Assembly (NCBI GenBank): GCA_022778545.1
Contig: JALFDW010000041.1
Span: 1,483-65,482 of the forward strand
Length of the DNA stretch: 64,000 nucleotides
Source: a bacterium
GTDB taxonomy: Bacteria; Bacillota; Clostridia; Christensenellales; CAG-138
Reading direction: 5' to 3'
Shown piece by piece: positions 1-9,865 of this stretch. A program made the position numbers and the translations under genes. The notes under the pieces were generated by a model, which saw only the letters and a program-made list of their open reading frames with translations, was not told where the DNA came from and searched no databases. The number at the start of each line of letters is the position of its first letter. Within the stretch, counting starts at the first letter, position 1.

Positions 1-627
1 AAAGAAAATCCCTGCCACAAGGCGGGGAGCATGGGCAAGAAGAAAGCCGATGAAATGCTGTTCTGGACAAAGGACGAGTTCCAGACATTTATCGAGAGCA
101 TGAAAGACCGTCCCGCCAGCTACACGGTATTCATGACCATGTACTACACGGGGATTCGGGAGGGAGAGCTGCTGGCACTCACACCGTCGGACATCGACTT
201 CGAGAAGAAGACCCTGACGGTGAACAAGAGCTATCAGCGCCTCGGCAAAGAGGATATTATCACCACTCCGAAAACACCGAAAAGCATCCGTACTATCCCT
301 ATTCCCGACGGCCTTTGCAACTGTTTGCAGGAGTATATGTCCCATTGCTACGGGCTGCAAAAGGACGACAGGCTCTTTCCCTACACCAAGAGCTTTCTGT
401 ACCACGAAATGGAGTACGGCTGCAAGGCTTCGGGCGTGAAGCGGATACGGGTGCATGACATTCGACACAGCCACGCCAGCCTGCTGGTGGAGATGGGCTT
501 CTCTCCGCTGCTGATCGCGGAGCGGCTCGGACATGAAAAGGTACAGACAACGATGGACACGTACAGTCACCTGTACCCCAACAAGCAGGTGGAGGTAGCC
601 AGACAGCTTGACGGCATTATGCCGTGA
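1..627 (+). CDS. Tyrosine recombinase / phage-type integrase, C-terminal catalytic part (5' end lies outside the window)
   Basis: The frame is open from base 1, with no stop before the first ATG at 31. The translation carries a tyrosine-recombinase catalytic-domain signature: ...VHDIRHSHASLLVEMG...LGHEKVQTTMDTYSHLY. Confidence 0.85.
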   Translation, partial: KENPCHKAGSMGKKKADEMLFWTKDEFQTFIESMKDRPASYTVFMTMYYTGIREGELLALTPSDIDFEKKTLTVNKSYQRLGKEDIITTPKTPKSIRTIPIPDGLCNCLQEYMSHCYGLQKDDRLFPYTKSFLYHEMEYGCKASGVKRIRVHDIRHSHASLLVEMGFSPLLIAERLGHEKVQTTMDTYSHLYPNKQVEVARQLDGIMP

Positions 628-672
628 GCCTCTGGCTACAAAAATCGCTGCAAATGTAGCCAATTTGTAGCC
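1..672. mobile_element. Probable right-hand end of an integrated element (integrase end) abutting the 3' end of guaA; the body of the element would lie left of the window
   Basis: The integrase gene ends 117 nt from the guaA stop. GGCTACA (634-640) is inverted relative to two TGTAGCC copies (655-661, 666-672). Integration next to the guaA 3' end is known for other Firmicutes islands. Confidence 0.4.
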
Positions 673-675
673 GCT

Positions 676-725
676 AAAAAAGAAAAATCCTGAAAAACGC
701 TGTATTACCAACGCTTTTCAGGATT
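676..725 (-). terminator. Rho-independent terminator of guaA
   Basis: An 11-bp stem pairs AATCCTGAAAA (686-696) with TTTTCAGGATT (715-725). The A-rich run at 676-685 gives a U-tract on the minus strand. Confidence 0.6.
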
Positions 726-743
726 CATAAAAACACTAAATAT

Positions 744-2267
744 TTATTCCCACTCGATCGTTCCCGGCGGCTTTGACGTGATGTCGTAGACGACGCGGTT
801 GACGTGGGGCACCTCGCCTATGATGCGCTCGGAGATGCGCCGGAGGACGGGGTAGGGAATCTCCGCCCATTCCACGGTCATGGCGTCGGTGGAGGTCACG
901 GCGCGCACGCCGATGGCGTAATCGTAGGTGCGCTGGTCGCCCATCACGCCCACGGAGCGCATGCCGGTGAAAACGGTGAAATACTGCCAGATCTTTTCGG
1001 CAAGGCCGGCTGCGGCGATCTCCTGCCGGAAGATATAGTCGCTCTGGCGCAGGATGGCGAGCTTTTCTTCCGTGACCTCGCCCAGCACGCGGATCGCAAG
1101 GCCGGGGCCGGGGAAGGGCTGGCGCCATACGAGCTCATGCGCAATGCCGAGCGATTCGCCGAGCGCGCGCACTTCATCCTTAAAGAGCATGCGCAGCGGT
1201 TCGATGAGGCCCTTGAAGCCGATGTCCGCAGGCAGGCCGCCCACGTTGTGGTGGCTCTTGATCTTCGCGCCCGTCTGCGTGCCGCTTTCGATCACGTCCG
1301 GGTAGATCGTGCCCTGCAAGAGCCAGTCCGCTCCGCCGAGCTTCTTCGCTTCTTCTTCAAATACGCGCACGAATTCCGTGCCGATGATCTTGCGCTTCTG
1401 CTCCGGATCGGTCACGCCCGCGAGCTTGCCGAGGAAGCGCTCCCGCGCGTCCACTTTGATGATGTTGAGGTTAAGCTTGTCGCGGTAGAAGCTGATGACT
1501 TCCTCCGCTTCATGGTGGCGCAGGAGGCCGTGATCCACGAAGATGCAGGTCAACCTGTCGCCGATGGCGTTGTGCACCAGTACGGAGGCGACGGAGGAAT
1601 CCACGCCGCCGGAGAGTGCGCCGAGCACTCTGCCTTCGCCCACCTGTGCGCGGATCTGCGCGATGAGCGTGTCCGCCAGGCCGGCGGGGGAATAGGTGCA
1701 GGCGCAGCCGCAGATCTCCCGGAGGAAATTGCGGAAGATCAGTTCGCCTTTGGGCGTATGGGCCACTTCCGCGTGGAACTGGATGCCGTAAAGCCTGCGC
1801 GCATCGTCCGCAAACGCGGCGAAGGGGCAGTTATCCGTCTCCGCAATGGCGGAGAAGCCCGAGGGCATTCCGAACACGGAGTCGTTGTGGTTCATCCAGA
1901 CGATCCCGGAATCAAGCCCGCGGAGGAGCGGGTGATCCGTCATGCGGATGGGCGTACGGCCGTATTCACGCACAGGGGCGGCTTCGATGCGGCCGCCGAA
2001 CACCTTTGCGATGTACTGCATGCCGTAGCAGATGCCAAGCACGGGCACCCCGAGCGAGAAGATCGCGTCGTAGCAGGCCTTTGCGCCCTCGGCATACACG
2101 CTGTCCGGCCCTCCGGTGAGGATGAGGCCGGAAAGCGATTCGCCCTTGATCTGTTCGATCGGCGCGTTGTGCGGAAGCAGCTCGCTGTAAACGCCCGCTT
2201 CGCGTACGCGCCTGGCGATCAGCTGGTTATACTGGCCGCCAAAATCGAGAACGACGATTCTTTCCAT
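744..2267 (-). CDS. guaA: GMP synthase (glutamine-hydrolysing)
   Basis: 507-aa ORF with an N-terminal GATase domain ([23 protein letters not shown]...), the ATP-PPase motif SGGVDSSV and the canonical C-terminus ...PPGTIEWE. Confidence 0.97.
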   Translation of the reverse strand: MERIVVLDFGGQYNQLIARRVREAGVYSELLPHNAPIEQIKGESLSGLILTGGPDSVYAEGAKACYDAIFSLGVPVLGICYGMQYIAKVFGGRIEAAPVREYGRTPIRMTDHPLLRGLDSGIVWMNHNDSVFGMPSGFSAIAETDNCPFAAFADDARRLYGIQFHAEVAHTPKGELIFRNFLREICGCACTYSPAGLADTLIAQIRAQVGEGRVLGALSGGVDSSVASVLVHNAIGDRLTCIFVDHGLLRHHEAEEVISFYRDKLNLNIIKVDARERFLGKLAGVTDPEQKRKIIGTEFVRVFEEEAKKLGGADWLLQGTIYPDVIESGTQTGAKIKSHHNVGGLPADIGFKGLIEPLRMLFKDEVRALGESLGIAHELVWRQPFPGPGLAIRVLGEVTEEKLAILRQSDYIFRQEIAAAGLAEKIWQYFTVFTGMRSVGVMGDQRTYDYAIGVRAVTSTDAMTVEWAEIPYPVLRRISERIIGEVPHVNRVVYDITSKPPGTIEWE

Positions 2268-2302
2268 GAATGCGAGAATATCCTTTCAAAATGAAATCCG
2301 AC

Positions 2303-2623
2303 TCAAACGCCCGCTTCGGTGCAGGCCTGCTTTTCCGCAAGGCGCTCCTTGTGCCTGTAATAGAAGTACAGGGACGTGTCGATGCTCACCATGATGAAAT
2401 TGATGCAGTAGAGCACGAGCACGATGTTGCGGCTGTACAGGATCTTGTGCGTGATGCCTGCAACGTAGCCGATCAGGATCACGATGAGGAAAAACACGCT
2501 CTTTCCCTTTGTGCTTTTCGTGCGCAGGGATTTGATGATGTTGAGCGGCCACGCAAGTCCGAAGCAGATGAGCATGACCGCCTCAAAAAAGCTGATTCCT
2601 TCAAATAACCCGGACCCGCCCAT
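2303..2623 (-). CDS. Small 3-TM membrane protein, SemiSWEET / PQ-loop-like
   Basis: 106 aa with three hydrophobic segments. WPLNIIKSLRTKSTKGKSVFF after TM1 resembles the SemiSWEET motif xPQxxKxxKTKSxxxxS, but with PLN in place of PQ. Confidence 0.5.
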   Translation of the reverse strand: MGGSGLFEGISFFEAVMLICFGLAWPLNIIKSLRTKSTKGKSVFFLIVILIGYVAGITHKILYSRNIVLVLYCINFIMVSIDTSLYFYYRHKERLAEKQACTEAGV

Positions 2624-2626
2624 GGG

Positions 2627-3220
2627 TCATTCTCCCCGGAAGACGATACCGTTATCGTCCGCCCGCTCGATGATGGCGAGGGACTGCACGTTTTCGCCCT
2701 GGGCGCGGAGCCGGTCGCCGCCGCCCTGGAAGCCCTTCTCAATGGCGATGCCAAGGCCGATGAGTTCCGCACCCGCCTGGTGAACGATGTCAACAAGGCC
2801 GCGCAGCGCTTCACCGTTGGCAAGGAAATCATCGATGATGAGCACCTTGTCGTTCGGCCCGAGCCACTGGCTGCTCATGATGAGCGTTACTTTCTTTTTA
2901 TAAGTATAGGAAAAGATCTCGCTCTGGTAAAGGCCGCCTTCGATGTTGTCGGACTTGGCCTTCTTGGCGAAAACGAGCGGCACGCCGAATTCCTCTGCGC
3001 AGGTGGCGCCGAGCGCGATGCCGGAAGCTTCCACGGTGAGTACGGCGGTGATGCCCGTCAAATCAAAAAGCCGACCGAATTCTTTGGCCATCGCGCGCAT
3101 GAGTTTCATGTCCACCCGGTGGTTCAGGAAGCCGTCGACCTTGATGATGTTGCCCGGCAGCACACGCCCTTCGGCGCGAATGCGATCTTTTAACAATTGC
3201 ATGGCAGGTTTTGTCTCCAT
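2627..3220 (-). CDS. xpt: Xanthine phosphoribosyltransferase
   Basis: 197 aa. It has Xpt-like N-terminal sequence (LKDRIRAEGRVLPGNIIKVDGFLNHRVD) and the PRPP-binding motif VLIIDDFLANG. Confidence 0.92.
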   Translation of the reverse strand: METKPAMQLLKDRIRAEGRVLPGNIIKVDGFLNHRVDMKLMRAMAKEFGRLFDLTGITAVLTVEASGIALGATCAEEFGVPLVFAKKAKSDNIEGGLYQSEIFSYTYKKKVTLIMSSQWLGPNDKVLIIDDFLANGEALRGLVDIVHQAGAELIGLGIAIEKGFQGGGDRLRAQGENVQSLAIIERADDNGIVFRGE

Positions 3221-3249
3221 TCCAATTTTTATAGCGGTTCGATGCGGAT

Positions 3250-3278
3250 ATTATCGCTTAAAACATGCGCTAAAGCAA
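3250..3278 (-). promoter_or_regulatory. Candidate sigma-70-type promoter for xpt
   Basis: The minus strand reads TTGCTT-N17-GATAAT (-35 at 3278-3273, -10 at 3255-3250), about 30 nt upstream of the xpt start. Confidence 0.4.
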
Positions 3279-3446
3279 GGCTTTTTGGGAAAAATCTTTT
3301 TTCGGGGAATGCAAAAAAATATAGGTTGAAAGCTTCACAGCAAATTCAAAATCATATCCCAGTTTCGTCAAGACAATAATAGGGAAATGCGGTATACTGT
3401 TTCCAACAAAATGAGAACATTAGTTCCGAATGAGGAGGGTTGATAT

Positions 3447-6038
3447 ATGGATATCCGCAAATTTACGCAGCGCTCGGTCGAGGCGATCCAGGGGGCACAG
3501 AGCATCGCCATCGAGCACAACAATCAGCAGGTGGATGAAGAACATCTTCTGCTCGCGCTTCTTGAGCAGGAGGATTCGCTCATCGCGAGCCTTTTGACGC
3601 GCATGGGCAAGGACGCGGACGCGTTCACGGAGGCCGTGCGCGCCGCGGTGGAACGCCGCCCGCAGGTGACGGGCAGCGGCCGGGAGGCTGACCGGGTCTA
3701 TATCACGCCGGAGCTGGACCGGGCGCTCAACGCGGCCGAAAAGCAGGCGCAGCACATGAAGGACGAATACGTTTCCGTGGAGCATGTGTTCCTGGGGCTC
3801 ATGGATGCGCCGAACGAGGCGATCAAGACGTTGCTGCGGCAGTTCGCGGTGGAACGCAACGCGTTCCTCACGGCGCTCAACGACATCCGCGGCGGCGCGC
3901 GTGTCACGAGCGATTCGCCGGAGGGCACCTATGATGCGCTCGGCAAATACGCGCAGGACCTTGTGGAGCTTGCGCGCAAGCAGAAGCTTGACCCGGTGAT
4001 CGGGCGGGATGACGAGGTGCGAAACGTTATCCGCATCCTCTCCCGCAAAACGAAGAACAACCCGGTGCTCATCGGTGAGCCTGGCGTGGGCAAAACGGCC
4101 ATCGCGGAGGGGCTTGCGCAGCGCATCGTGCGCGGGGACGTTCCGGCATCGCTCAAGGAGCGCAAGATCTTCTCGCTGGACATGGGCGCGCTCATCGCGG
4201 GCGCGAAGTTCCGCGGCGAGTTTGAGGAGCGCCTCAAGGCGGTGCTCGGCGAGGTGAAGCGTTCCGAGGGGCGCATCATTCTGTTCATCGATGAGCTGCA
4301 CAACATCGTCGGTGCGGGGCGGACGGAAGGCTCCATGGACGCGGGCAACCTGTTGAAGCCGATGCTCGCCCGCGGCGAGCTGCACTGCATCGGCGCGACG
4401 ACGCTCGATGAATATCGCAAATATATCGAAAAAGATCCCGCGCTTTCCCGCCGCTTCCAGCCGGTGATGGTGGATGAGCCTACGGTGGAGGACACCATCT
4501 CCATCCTGCGCGGCCTGAAGGAACGCTATGAGGTCTATCATGGCGTGAAGATCAACGACAACGCGCTTATCGCAGCGGCGACGCTTTCCAACCGTTATAT
4601 TTCCGACCGGTTCCTGCCGGACAAGGCGATCGACCTTGTGGATGAGGCCTGCGCGCTGATCCGCACGGAGATGGATTCCATGCCGACGGAGCTTGACGAG
4701 ATCTCCCGCCGCATCATGCAGCTTGAGATCGAGGAGGCGGCGCTCACCAAGGAAAACGACAAGCTTTCCGCGGAGCACCTTGCGGAGATCCGCAAAGAGC
4801 TGGCCCGGGAGCGCGAGGAATTCGCAAAGCTCAAGGCGAAATGGGAGAACGAGAAGGACGCGATCAAGAACGTGCAGAAGCTGCGCGGCGAGATCGAACA
4901 GCTCAATGCCGAAATGGAGAAGGCGGAGCGCGAATATGACCTGAACCGGGCGGCCGAACTGAAGTACGGCAAGCTACCCAAGCTGAAGGAAGAGCTTGAG
5001 GCGGCGGAAAAGGCAAGCGAGGAGGGCAAGAGCGACGGCCTCCTGCGCGACAGGGTGACGGAAGAGGAGATTGCCCGCATCGTGGCGCGGTGGACGGGCA
5101 TCCCTGTGGCAAAGCTGATGGAGGGCGAGCGGGAGAAGCTGCTCCACCTGGAGGAGATCCTGCATAAGCGCGTCATCGGGCAGGATGAAGCCGTTACCGC
5201 CGTTGCGGACGCGATCCTGCGGACCCGCGCGGGCCTGAAAGACCCCACAAAGCCCATCGGCAGCTTCCTGTTCCTCGGGCCCACGGGCGTGGGCAAGACG
5301 GAGCTTGCAAAGGCGCTGGCGCAGGCGCTCTTTGACGATGAAAACAACATGGTGCGCATCGATATGAGCGAATACATGGAGAAGCACGCCGTGGCGCGGC
5401 TCATCGGGGCACCTCCGGGCTATGTGGGCTATGACGAGGGCGGCCAGCTGACGGAGGCCGTGCGCCGCAAGCCCTACTGCGTGGTGCTGTTCGATGAGAT
5501 TGAAAAGGCCCATCCGGATGTGTTCAACGTGCTTTTGCAGGTGCTCGACGATGGTCGTATGACGGATTCCCAGGGGCGCACGGTGGACTTCAAGAACACC
5601 GTGATCGTCATGACCTCGAACCTCGGCTCGAGCTTTATCCTTGAGGGCATCGAGAACGGGCATATCTCGGAGACGGCGCGCAAGCAGGTGGATGCGCTCT
5701 TAAAGCAGAGCTTCCGCCCGGAGTTCCTGAACCGGCTGGATGAGATCGTCTATTACAAGCCGCTCACGCGGGAGGAGATCTTCCAAATCACCGACCTGCT
5801 CCTTGCCGACCTGCGCAAGCGCCTGCAGGAACGTCGGCTGGATGTGCAGCTCACGGATGCGGCGAAGCAGTATATTGCCGACGCGGGGTATGACCCGCAT
5901 TACGGCGCGCGCCCGCTCAAACGGCTGCTGCAGTCCCGCCTGGAAACGCTGCTCGCGCGGCGCATCATCGAGCAGGATGTGGCGCCGGACACGGTGTTCA
6001 CCGTGGATTACGACGGGAATGACCTCGTGGTCAAATAG
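3447..6038 (+). CDS. clpB: ATP-dependent chaperone ClpB
   Basis: 863 aa with a Clp N-domain, two AAA+ modules ([13 protein letters not shown] and [13 protein letters not shown]) and a long coiled-coil middle domain. The RBS GAGGAGG lies upstream. Confidence 0.97.
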   Translation: MDIRKFTQRSVEAIQGAQSIAIEHNNQQVDEEHLLLALLEQEDSLIASLLTRMGKDADAFTEAVRAAVERRPQVTGSGREADRVYITPELDRALNAAEKQAQHMKDEYVSVEHVFLGLMDAPNEAIKTLLRQFAVERNAFLTALNDIRGGARVTSDSPEGTYDALGKYAQDLVELARKQKLDPVIGRDDEVRNVIRILSRKTKNNPVLIGEPGVGKTAIAEGLAQRIVRGDVPASLKERKIFSLDMGALIAGAKFRGEFEERLKAVLGEVKRSEGRIILFIDELHNIVGAGRTEGSMDAGNLLKPMLARGELHCIGATTLDEYRKYIEKDPALSRRFQPVMVDEPTVEDTISILRGLKERYEVYHGVKINDNALIAAATLSNRYISDRFLPDKAIDLVDEACALIRTEMDSMPTELDEISRRIMQLEIEEAALTKENDKLSAEHLAEIRKELAREREEFAKLKAKWENEKDAIKNVQKLRGEIEQLNAEMEKAEREYDLNRAAELKYGKLPKLKEELEAAEKASEEGKSDGLLRDRVTEEEIARIVARWTGIPVAKLMEGEREKLLHLEEILHKRVIGQDEAVTAVADAILRTRAGLKDPTKPIGSFLFLGPTGVGKTELAKALAQALFDDENNMVRIDMSEYMEKHAVARLIGAPPGYVGYDEGGQLTEAVRRKPYCVVLFDEIEKAHPDVFNVLLQVLDDGRMTDSQGRTVDFKNTVIVMTSNLGSSFILEGIENGHISETARKQVDALLKQSFRPEFLNRLDEIVYYKPLTREEIFQITDLLLADLRKRLQERRLDVQLTDAAKQYIADAGYDPHYGARPLKRLLQSRLETLLARRIIEQDVAPDTVFTVDYDGNDLVVK

Positions 6039-6076
6039 TATATTATATACAATTTGGAAAATCTGGAAGAAAATGC

Positions 6077-6110
6077 GAAGAGGCTACCCAAACGGGCGGC
6101 CTCTTCATTT
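6077..6110 (+). terminator. Hairpin terminator after clpB
   Basis: GAAGAGGC (6077-6084) pairs with GCCTCTTC (6099-6106), followed by ATTT. Confidence 0.45.
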
Positions 6111-6278
6111 GACAGGAAGTAACTGCGAAGGGAAAAAGCGTCAGCGGGATTTTCACTGAAAATCTGCCGGATATTGCAACAAAATAATTGCCAAATCAGG
6201 TCAATCATATATAATATTGAGCAGACAGAAAACGGCATATTTGGCCGAAATGACATTGATAAAGCAAGGAGAAAACAA

Positions 6279-7319
6279 ATGGGTGTTGAAAGCCGCTACA
6301 ATTTGAAATTTGGCTACCTGGAACATGGCGAACGCAATCTGATCACGGACGTGCCGGGGGTGCGCGTCGGGCATACGACGCTGCACGATGGCGAGATCCA
6401 CACGGGCGTTACGGCCATTTTGCCGCACGGCGGCGATCTTTTTCACGACAAATGCGTGGCCGCGGCGCATGTGATCAACGGCTTCGGCAAGAGCGCGGGG
6501 CTTGTGCAGGTGCAGGAGCTCGGCACGTTGGAAACACCCATTCTGCTCACGAACACGCTTTCCGTGGGCACGGTTTCCACGGCGCTCGTGGAATACATGC
6601 TTGAGCGCAACAGCGACATCGGCGTGGACACGGGCACGGTGAACCCCGTCGTCATGGAATGCAACGACGGCCACCTCAACGACATCCGCGGCCTGCACGT
6701 TACGAAAGAGCATGCGCGCGCCGCGCTTGCTGCCGTGGGTGAAACGTTTGAAGAGGGCGATGTGGGCGCGGGCTGCGGCATGAGCTGCTATTCGCTCAAG
6801 GGCGGCATCGGCTCCGCTTCCCGCAAATTCAGCCTTTATGGGGAGACTTACACCGTCGGCACGCTGCTGCTCACGAACTTTGGCACGCTGCGCGACCTCA
6901 CCATTGCGGGTGACCACGTCGGCGAACGCCTTTATGCAGAGGAACAGCGCGCGGCGGAGCAGGATAAGGGCAGCGTCATCATCGTCATTGCCACGGATGC
7001 GCCGCTTTCCGCACGCCAGCTTGAACGCGCGGCAAAGCGCGCCCAGAGCGGCCTTGCGCGCACGGGCAGCATTTCCGGCAACGGCAGCGGCGAGATCGCC
7101 CTTGCGTTCACGACGCGCAACCGCCTCCCGCATTACAGCTCGGACAGGCCGGAAAATATTGCTATCCTTTATGAAGAGGATATGGATATGGTATTTCGCG
7201 CCGTGATCGAGTGCGTGGAAGAATCCGTCATCAGCTCCATGCTGCATGCAAAAACGGTCACCGGCCGTGCGGGAAACACCCGGAAAAGCCTTGCAGACAG
7301 CCTGTTTCCGGCAAAATGA
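6279..7319 (+). CDS. P1/S58-family (DmpA/BapA-like) aminopeptidase
   Basis: I prefer the ATG at 6279, which follows the RBS AAGGAG. The sequence MGVESRYNLKFGYLEHGERNLITDVPGVRVGHTT...GAGCGMSCY...VIATDAPL is typical of DmpA-type Ntn-hydrolase aminopeptidases. No signal peptide is present. Confidence 0.8.
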   Translation: MGVESRYNLKFGYLEHGERNLITDVPGVRVGHTTLHDGEIHTGVTAILPHGGDLFHDKCVAAAHVINGFGKSAGLVQVQELGTLETPILLTNTLSVGTVSTALVEYMLERNSDIGVDTGTVNPVVMECNDGHLNDIRGLHVTKEHARAALAAVGETFEEGDVGAGCGMSCYSLKGGIGSASRKFSLYGETYTVGTLLLTNFGTLRDLTIAGDHVGERLYAEEQRAAEQDKGSVIIVIATDAPLSARQLERAAKRAQSGLARTGSISGNGSGEIALAFTTRNRLPHYSSDRPENIAILYEEDMDMVFRAVIECVEESVISSMLHAKTVTGRAGNTRKSLADSLFPAK

Positions 7320-7328
7320 CAAAATGCA

Positions 7329-7360
7329 GCAGGAGATGAGCGTTTTCGTTCATCTCCTGC
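7329..7360 (+). terminator. Strong hairpin downstream of the aminopeptidase gene (no clear U-tract)
   Basis: A 14-bp stem pairs GCAGGAGATGAGCG with CGTTCATCTCCTGC, with a TTTT loop. Confidence 0.45.
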
Positions 7361-7444
7361 CTTAAATCGCCAGAATATATAAATTTCTGCGATGTGAAAA
7401 TGAAATTATTACGAAACCATAACAACTTTGTGTCATAAGCGGTG

Positions 7445-7473
7445 TTGAATTATATATAAAAACCAGTTACAAT
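7445..7473 (+). promoter_or_regulatory. Candidate promoter for the ABC-transporter operon
   Basis: TTGAAT-N17-TACAAT (7445-7450 and 7468-7473), about 85 nt upstream of the binding-protein start. Confidence 0.45.
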
Positions 7474-7556
7474 AGTCCCGTGCTTCCAAGCACCTTATCT
7501 CAAGTAGCATGGTGTATACCATGCCAACAAAATTCTTAAAGAGGAGAGAAAACGAC

Positions 7557-9659
7557 ATGAAGAAACTTCTTGCCCTGTTGGTGGCGATCGTTATGGTCGT
7601 TGGCGTCTTTGCAGGCTGCAATCAGCCCGCTGACAATCCGCCGGCCGAAACGCCCGCTCCTGTGGAACCCTCTACACCGGACGAGACTCCCGCCCCCACC
7701 GAGGAGCCTGTGACCACCGGCCCTGATGGTCGTGAATTCGCGGACGAGCAGGTGTTCCGCACCCTGTACTCCAGCGAAGTCAGCACGATGAACTACCTTT
7801 CCAGCGGCAGCACCTATGACCTCGTCGTCGGTGCGAACACCATCGACTCCCTCGTGGAGAACGATCCGTACGGCAACATCATCCCGAGCGCTGCCGAGAG
7901 CTGGGAAGTTAGCCCGGACGGCCTCACCTGGACGTTCCACCTCCGCCAGGGTCAGTACTGGTACGATGCGGACGGCAACCAGAAGGATCCCGTTACCGCG
8001 CATGACTACGTTGCGGCTGCCCGTTACGTCTGCGATGCGAACAACGAGTGCGACAACTCCTACCTCATGGAAGGCTGGCTCGTGAACGCGGAAGAGTCCG
8101 TCTACTACACCGCTTATGCCGCTGCTGCGGTCCCGAAGGGCACTGAGCAGGGCCCGGATCAGGATGCTGTCATCGATGAGAACGGCATCATCTACGAAGG
8201 CAAGGGCTGGAGCGATGACGAAGGCAAGTACACCGAGTGGGTGGAAGTCCCCGTCGTCACCCCGGACATGGTCGGCGTTGAGGCTCTTGACGATTACACC
8301 GTCGTGTATCACCTGGTGAAGCCGCGTCCGTACTTCCTGACCGTTCTCCAGTTCGGTACCTATTGGCCCGCTCCTGCCGCTCTGCTCGAAGAGCTTGGCT
8401 CGGATTTCGCTCTTGACAACTACACCATGTGGTTCAACGGCGCGTACATCCTTTCCGAGTTTGCTCCCAACGAGAAGCGCGTCTACACCAAGAACGAGAA
8501 CAACTGGGATGCCGAGCACATCTACATCGAGCGCATCGAGCAGACCTGCAACACCGAAGCTGCGACGCTCGAGCCCGAGCTCTTCCTCCGTGGCGAAGTT
8601 GATGCTGCAAGCATCGGCCCCGACATCGTTGCAGATTGGCTGTCCGATCCCGAAAAGAGCCAGATGATCTCCACCACCCGTGTTGTGGCTGACTATTCCT
8701 ACTTCATGGGCTTCAACTTCGAGCCCAAGTTCGATGCGGAATATGAACCCGAAAACTGGGCGATCGCGGTCAACAACGAGAACTTCCGTCAGTGCATCAC
8801 GCACGCGATCAACCGTACTGAGTACATCGCGGCAAGGTTCCCGGGCGATGATCCGTCCATCCACATGATCAACACCGTTACCCCGAAGGGCTTCTCCATC
8901 AACCCCGACAATGGTAAGGACTTCGTCACCTATGGCGGCCTTGAGAAGTACACCACTGGTGAGAGCTTCAACGAAGAACTTGCACTCCAGTTCAAGGAAG
9001 CTGCTCTTGCTGAGCTGACCGAAGCTGGCTGCACGTTCCCGATCAAGATCCCGACGAACTATCATTCCGACTCCAATACCTGGGCAAACGCTCTCGTCGT
9101 TATGGAGCAGCAGGTTGAGGATCTCCTCGGCTCTGACTTCGTCGACATTATCCCGCTCGCTTATGGCGGCAACAGCTTCCTCAACGAGACCCGCCGCAAT
9201 GGTAACTACGCCATTCAGGAACTCAACTGGGGCGCTGACTTCATGGATCCGGAGACCTGGGCTGATCCGTTCGATCGCGAGAACAGCTACAACTTCTTCT
9301 GCCATGACACCGAGAACTATCGCGTGTTCCAGAACACCAAGACCGAAGCCACCAACGCTCTGATCGACGAGTACTTCGCTCTCTGCGATGCGGCGCGTCT
9401 TGTGACCGACAACTGGGATGCCCGTTACGAAGCGTTCGCCGCGGCCGAGTCCTTCTACCTCGACCATGCGATCGTACTCCCGATGTTCATCAGCGGCGGT
9501 TCCTATCAGGCCACCAAGCTCAACGGCTTCGAAGGCCAGTACGCCATGATGGGCCAGTCCTCCAGCCGCTATAAGGGCCAGCATGTCTACAAGACCGCAA
9601 TGTCTCAGGATATGTTTGACGCGCAGTACGAGGAATGGTATGCCTCCATGGGCAACTAA
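7557..9659 (+). CDS. ABC transporter substrate-binding lipoprotein, peptide/nickel (family 5, OppA/DppA-like), unusually long (~700 aa)
   Basis: Start at 7557 after the RBS AGAGGAGAG. The lipoprotein signal MKKLLALLVAIVMVVGVFAGC is followed by a Pro/Thr/Glu-rich linker. A family-5 SBP-like core sits directly upstream of Opp-type permeases. Confidence 0.88.
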   Translation: MKKLLALLVAIVMVVGVFAGCNQPADNPPAETPAPVEPSTPDETPAPTEEPVTTGPDGREFADEQVFRTLYSSEVSTMNYLSSGSTYDLVVGANTIDSLVENDPYGNIIPSAAESWEVSPDGLTWTFHLRQGQYWYDADGNQKDPVTAHDYVAAARYVCDANNECDNSYLMEGWLVNAEESVYYTAYAAAAVPKGTEQGPDQDAVIDENGIIYEGKGWSDDEGKYTEWVEVPVVTPDMVGVEALDDYTVVYHLVKPRPYFLTVLQFGTYWPAPAALLEELGSDFALDNYTMWFNGAYILSEFAPNEKRVYTKNENNWDAEHIYIERIEQTCNTEAATLEPELFLRGEVDAASIGPDIVADWLSDPEKSQMISTTRVVADYSYFMGFNFEPKFDAEYEPENWAIAVNNENFRQCITHAINRTEYIAARFPGDDPSIHMINTVTPKGFSINPDNGKDFVTYGGLEKYTTGESFNEELALQFKEAALAELTEAGCTFPIKIPTNYHSDSNTWANALVVMEQQVEDLLGSDFVDIIPLAYGGNSFLNETRRNGNYAIQELNWGADFMDPETWADPFDRENSYNFFCHDTENYRVFQNTKTEATNALIDEYFALCDAARLVTDNWDARYEAFAAAESFYLDHAIVLPMFISGGSYQATKLNGFEGQYAMMGQSSSRYKGQHVYKTAMSQDMFDAQYEEWYASMGN

Positions 9660-9713
9660 GCCTGAGTGATTGACCGCAGGGGAGGGTCACCTCCCCTGCA
9701 CAACAGATGAAAC

Positions 9714-9757
9714 AAAGCGGCTCTGGCCTGTGCTTTGCGGTACAGAGCCGCTTTTCA
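9714..9757 (+). terminator. Terminator/attenuator between the binding-protein and permease genes (preceded by a second hairpin at 9676-9699)
   Basis: AAAGCGGCTCTG (9714-9725) pairs with CAGAGCCGCTTT (9743-9754), followed by TTTT. The upstream hairpin pairs GCAGGGGAGG with CCTCCCCTGC. Confidence 0.55.
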
Positions 9758-9865
9758 ATTAAAACGACACTACGTTTCCCCCAACGATTAACGATTGTTG
9801 AACGATCCCATCGCACATCCCCCCTACTTCGCAAGTTCGGCGAAAATATAAAAGGAGAATCCAAA

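Noticed and set aside
804-2294. More shadow ORFs: 804-2294 (opposite guaA), 3420-4778 (opposite clpB), 7536-9584 (opposite the SBP gene), 29501-31711 (opposite ftsH), 37545-40058 (opposite glutamine synthetase), 47881-49770 (opposite ilvD), 51121-52938 (opposite ilvB), 14334-15425, 15479-16924 and 16533-18227.
   Set aside because: The reasoning is the same. The opposite strand carries the real, motif-bearing gene, and these frames show only GC-driven open reading with biased composition.
3221-3446. Possible purine (guanine) riboswitch upstream of xpt, and a CIRCE/CtsR heat-shock operator upstream of clpB.
   Set aside because: I read both strands. There is no three-way-junction-sized element with the conserved purine-riboswitch loops, and the xpt 5' region is only ~30-60 nt after a plausible promoter. 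I found no TTAGCACTC-N9-GAGTGCTAA inverted repeat and no tandem GGTCAAA repeat, only a single GTCAAGA.
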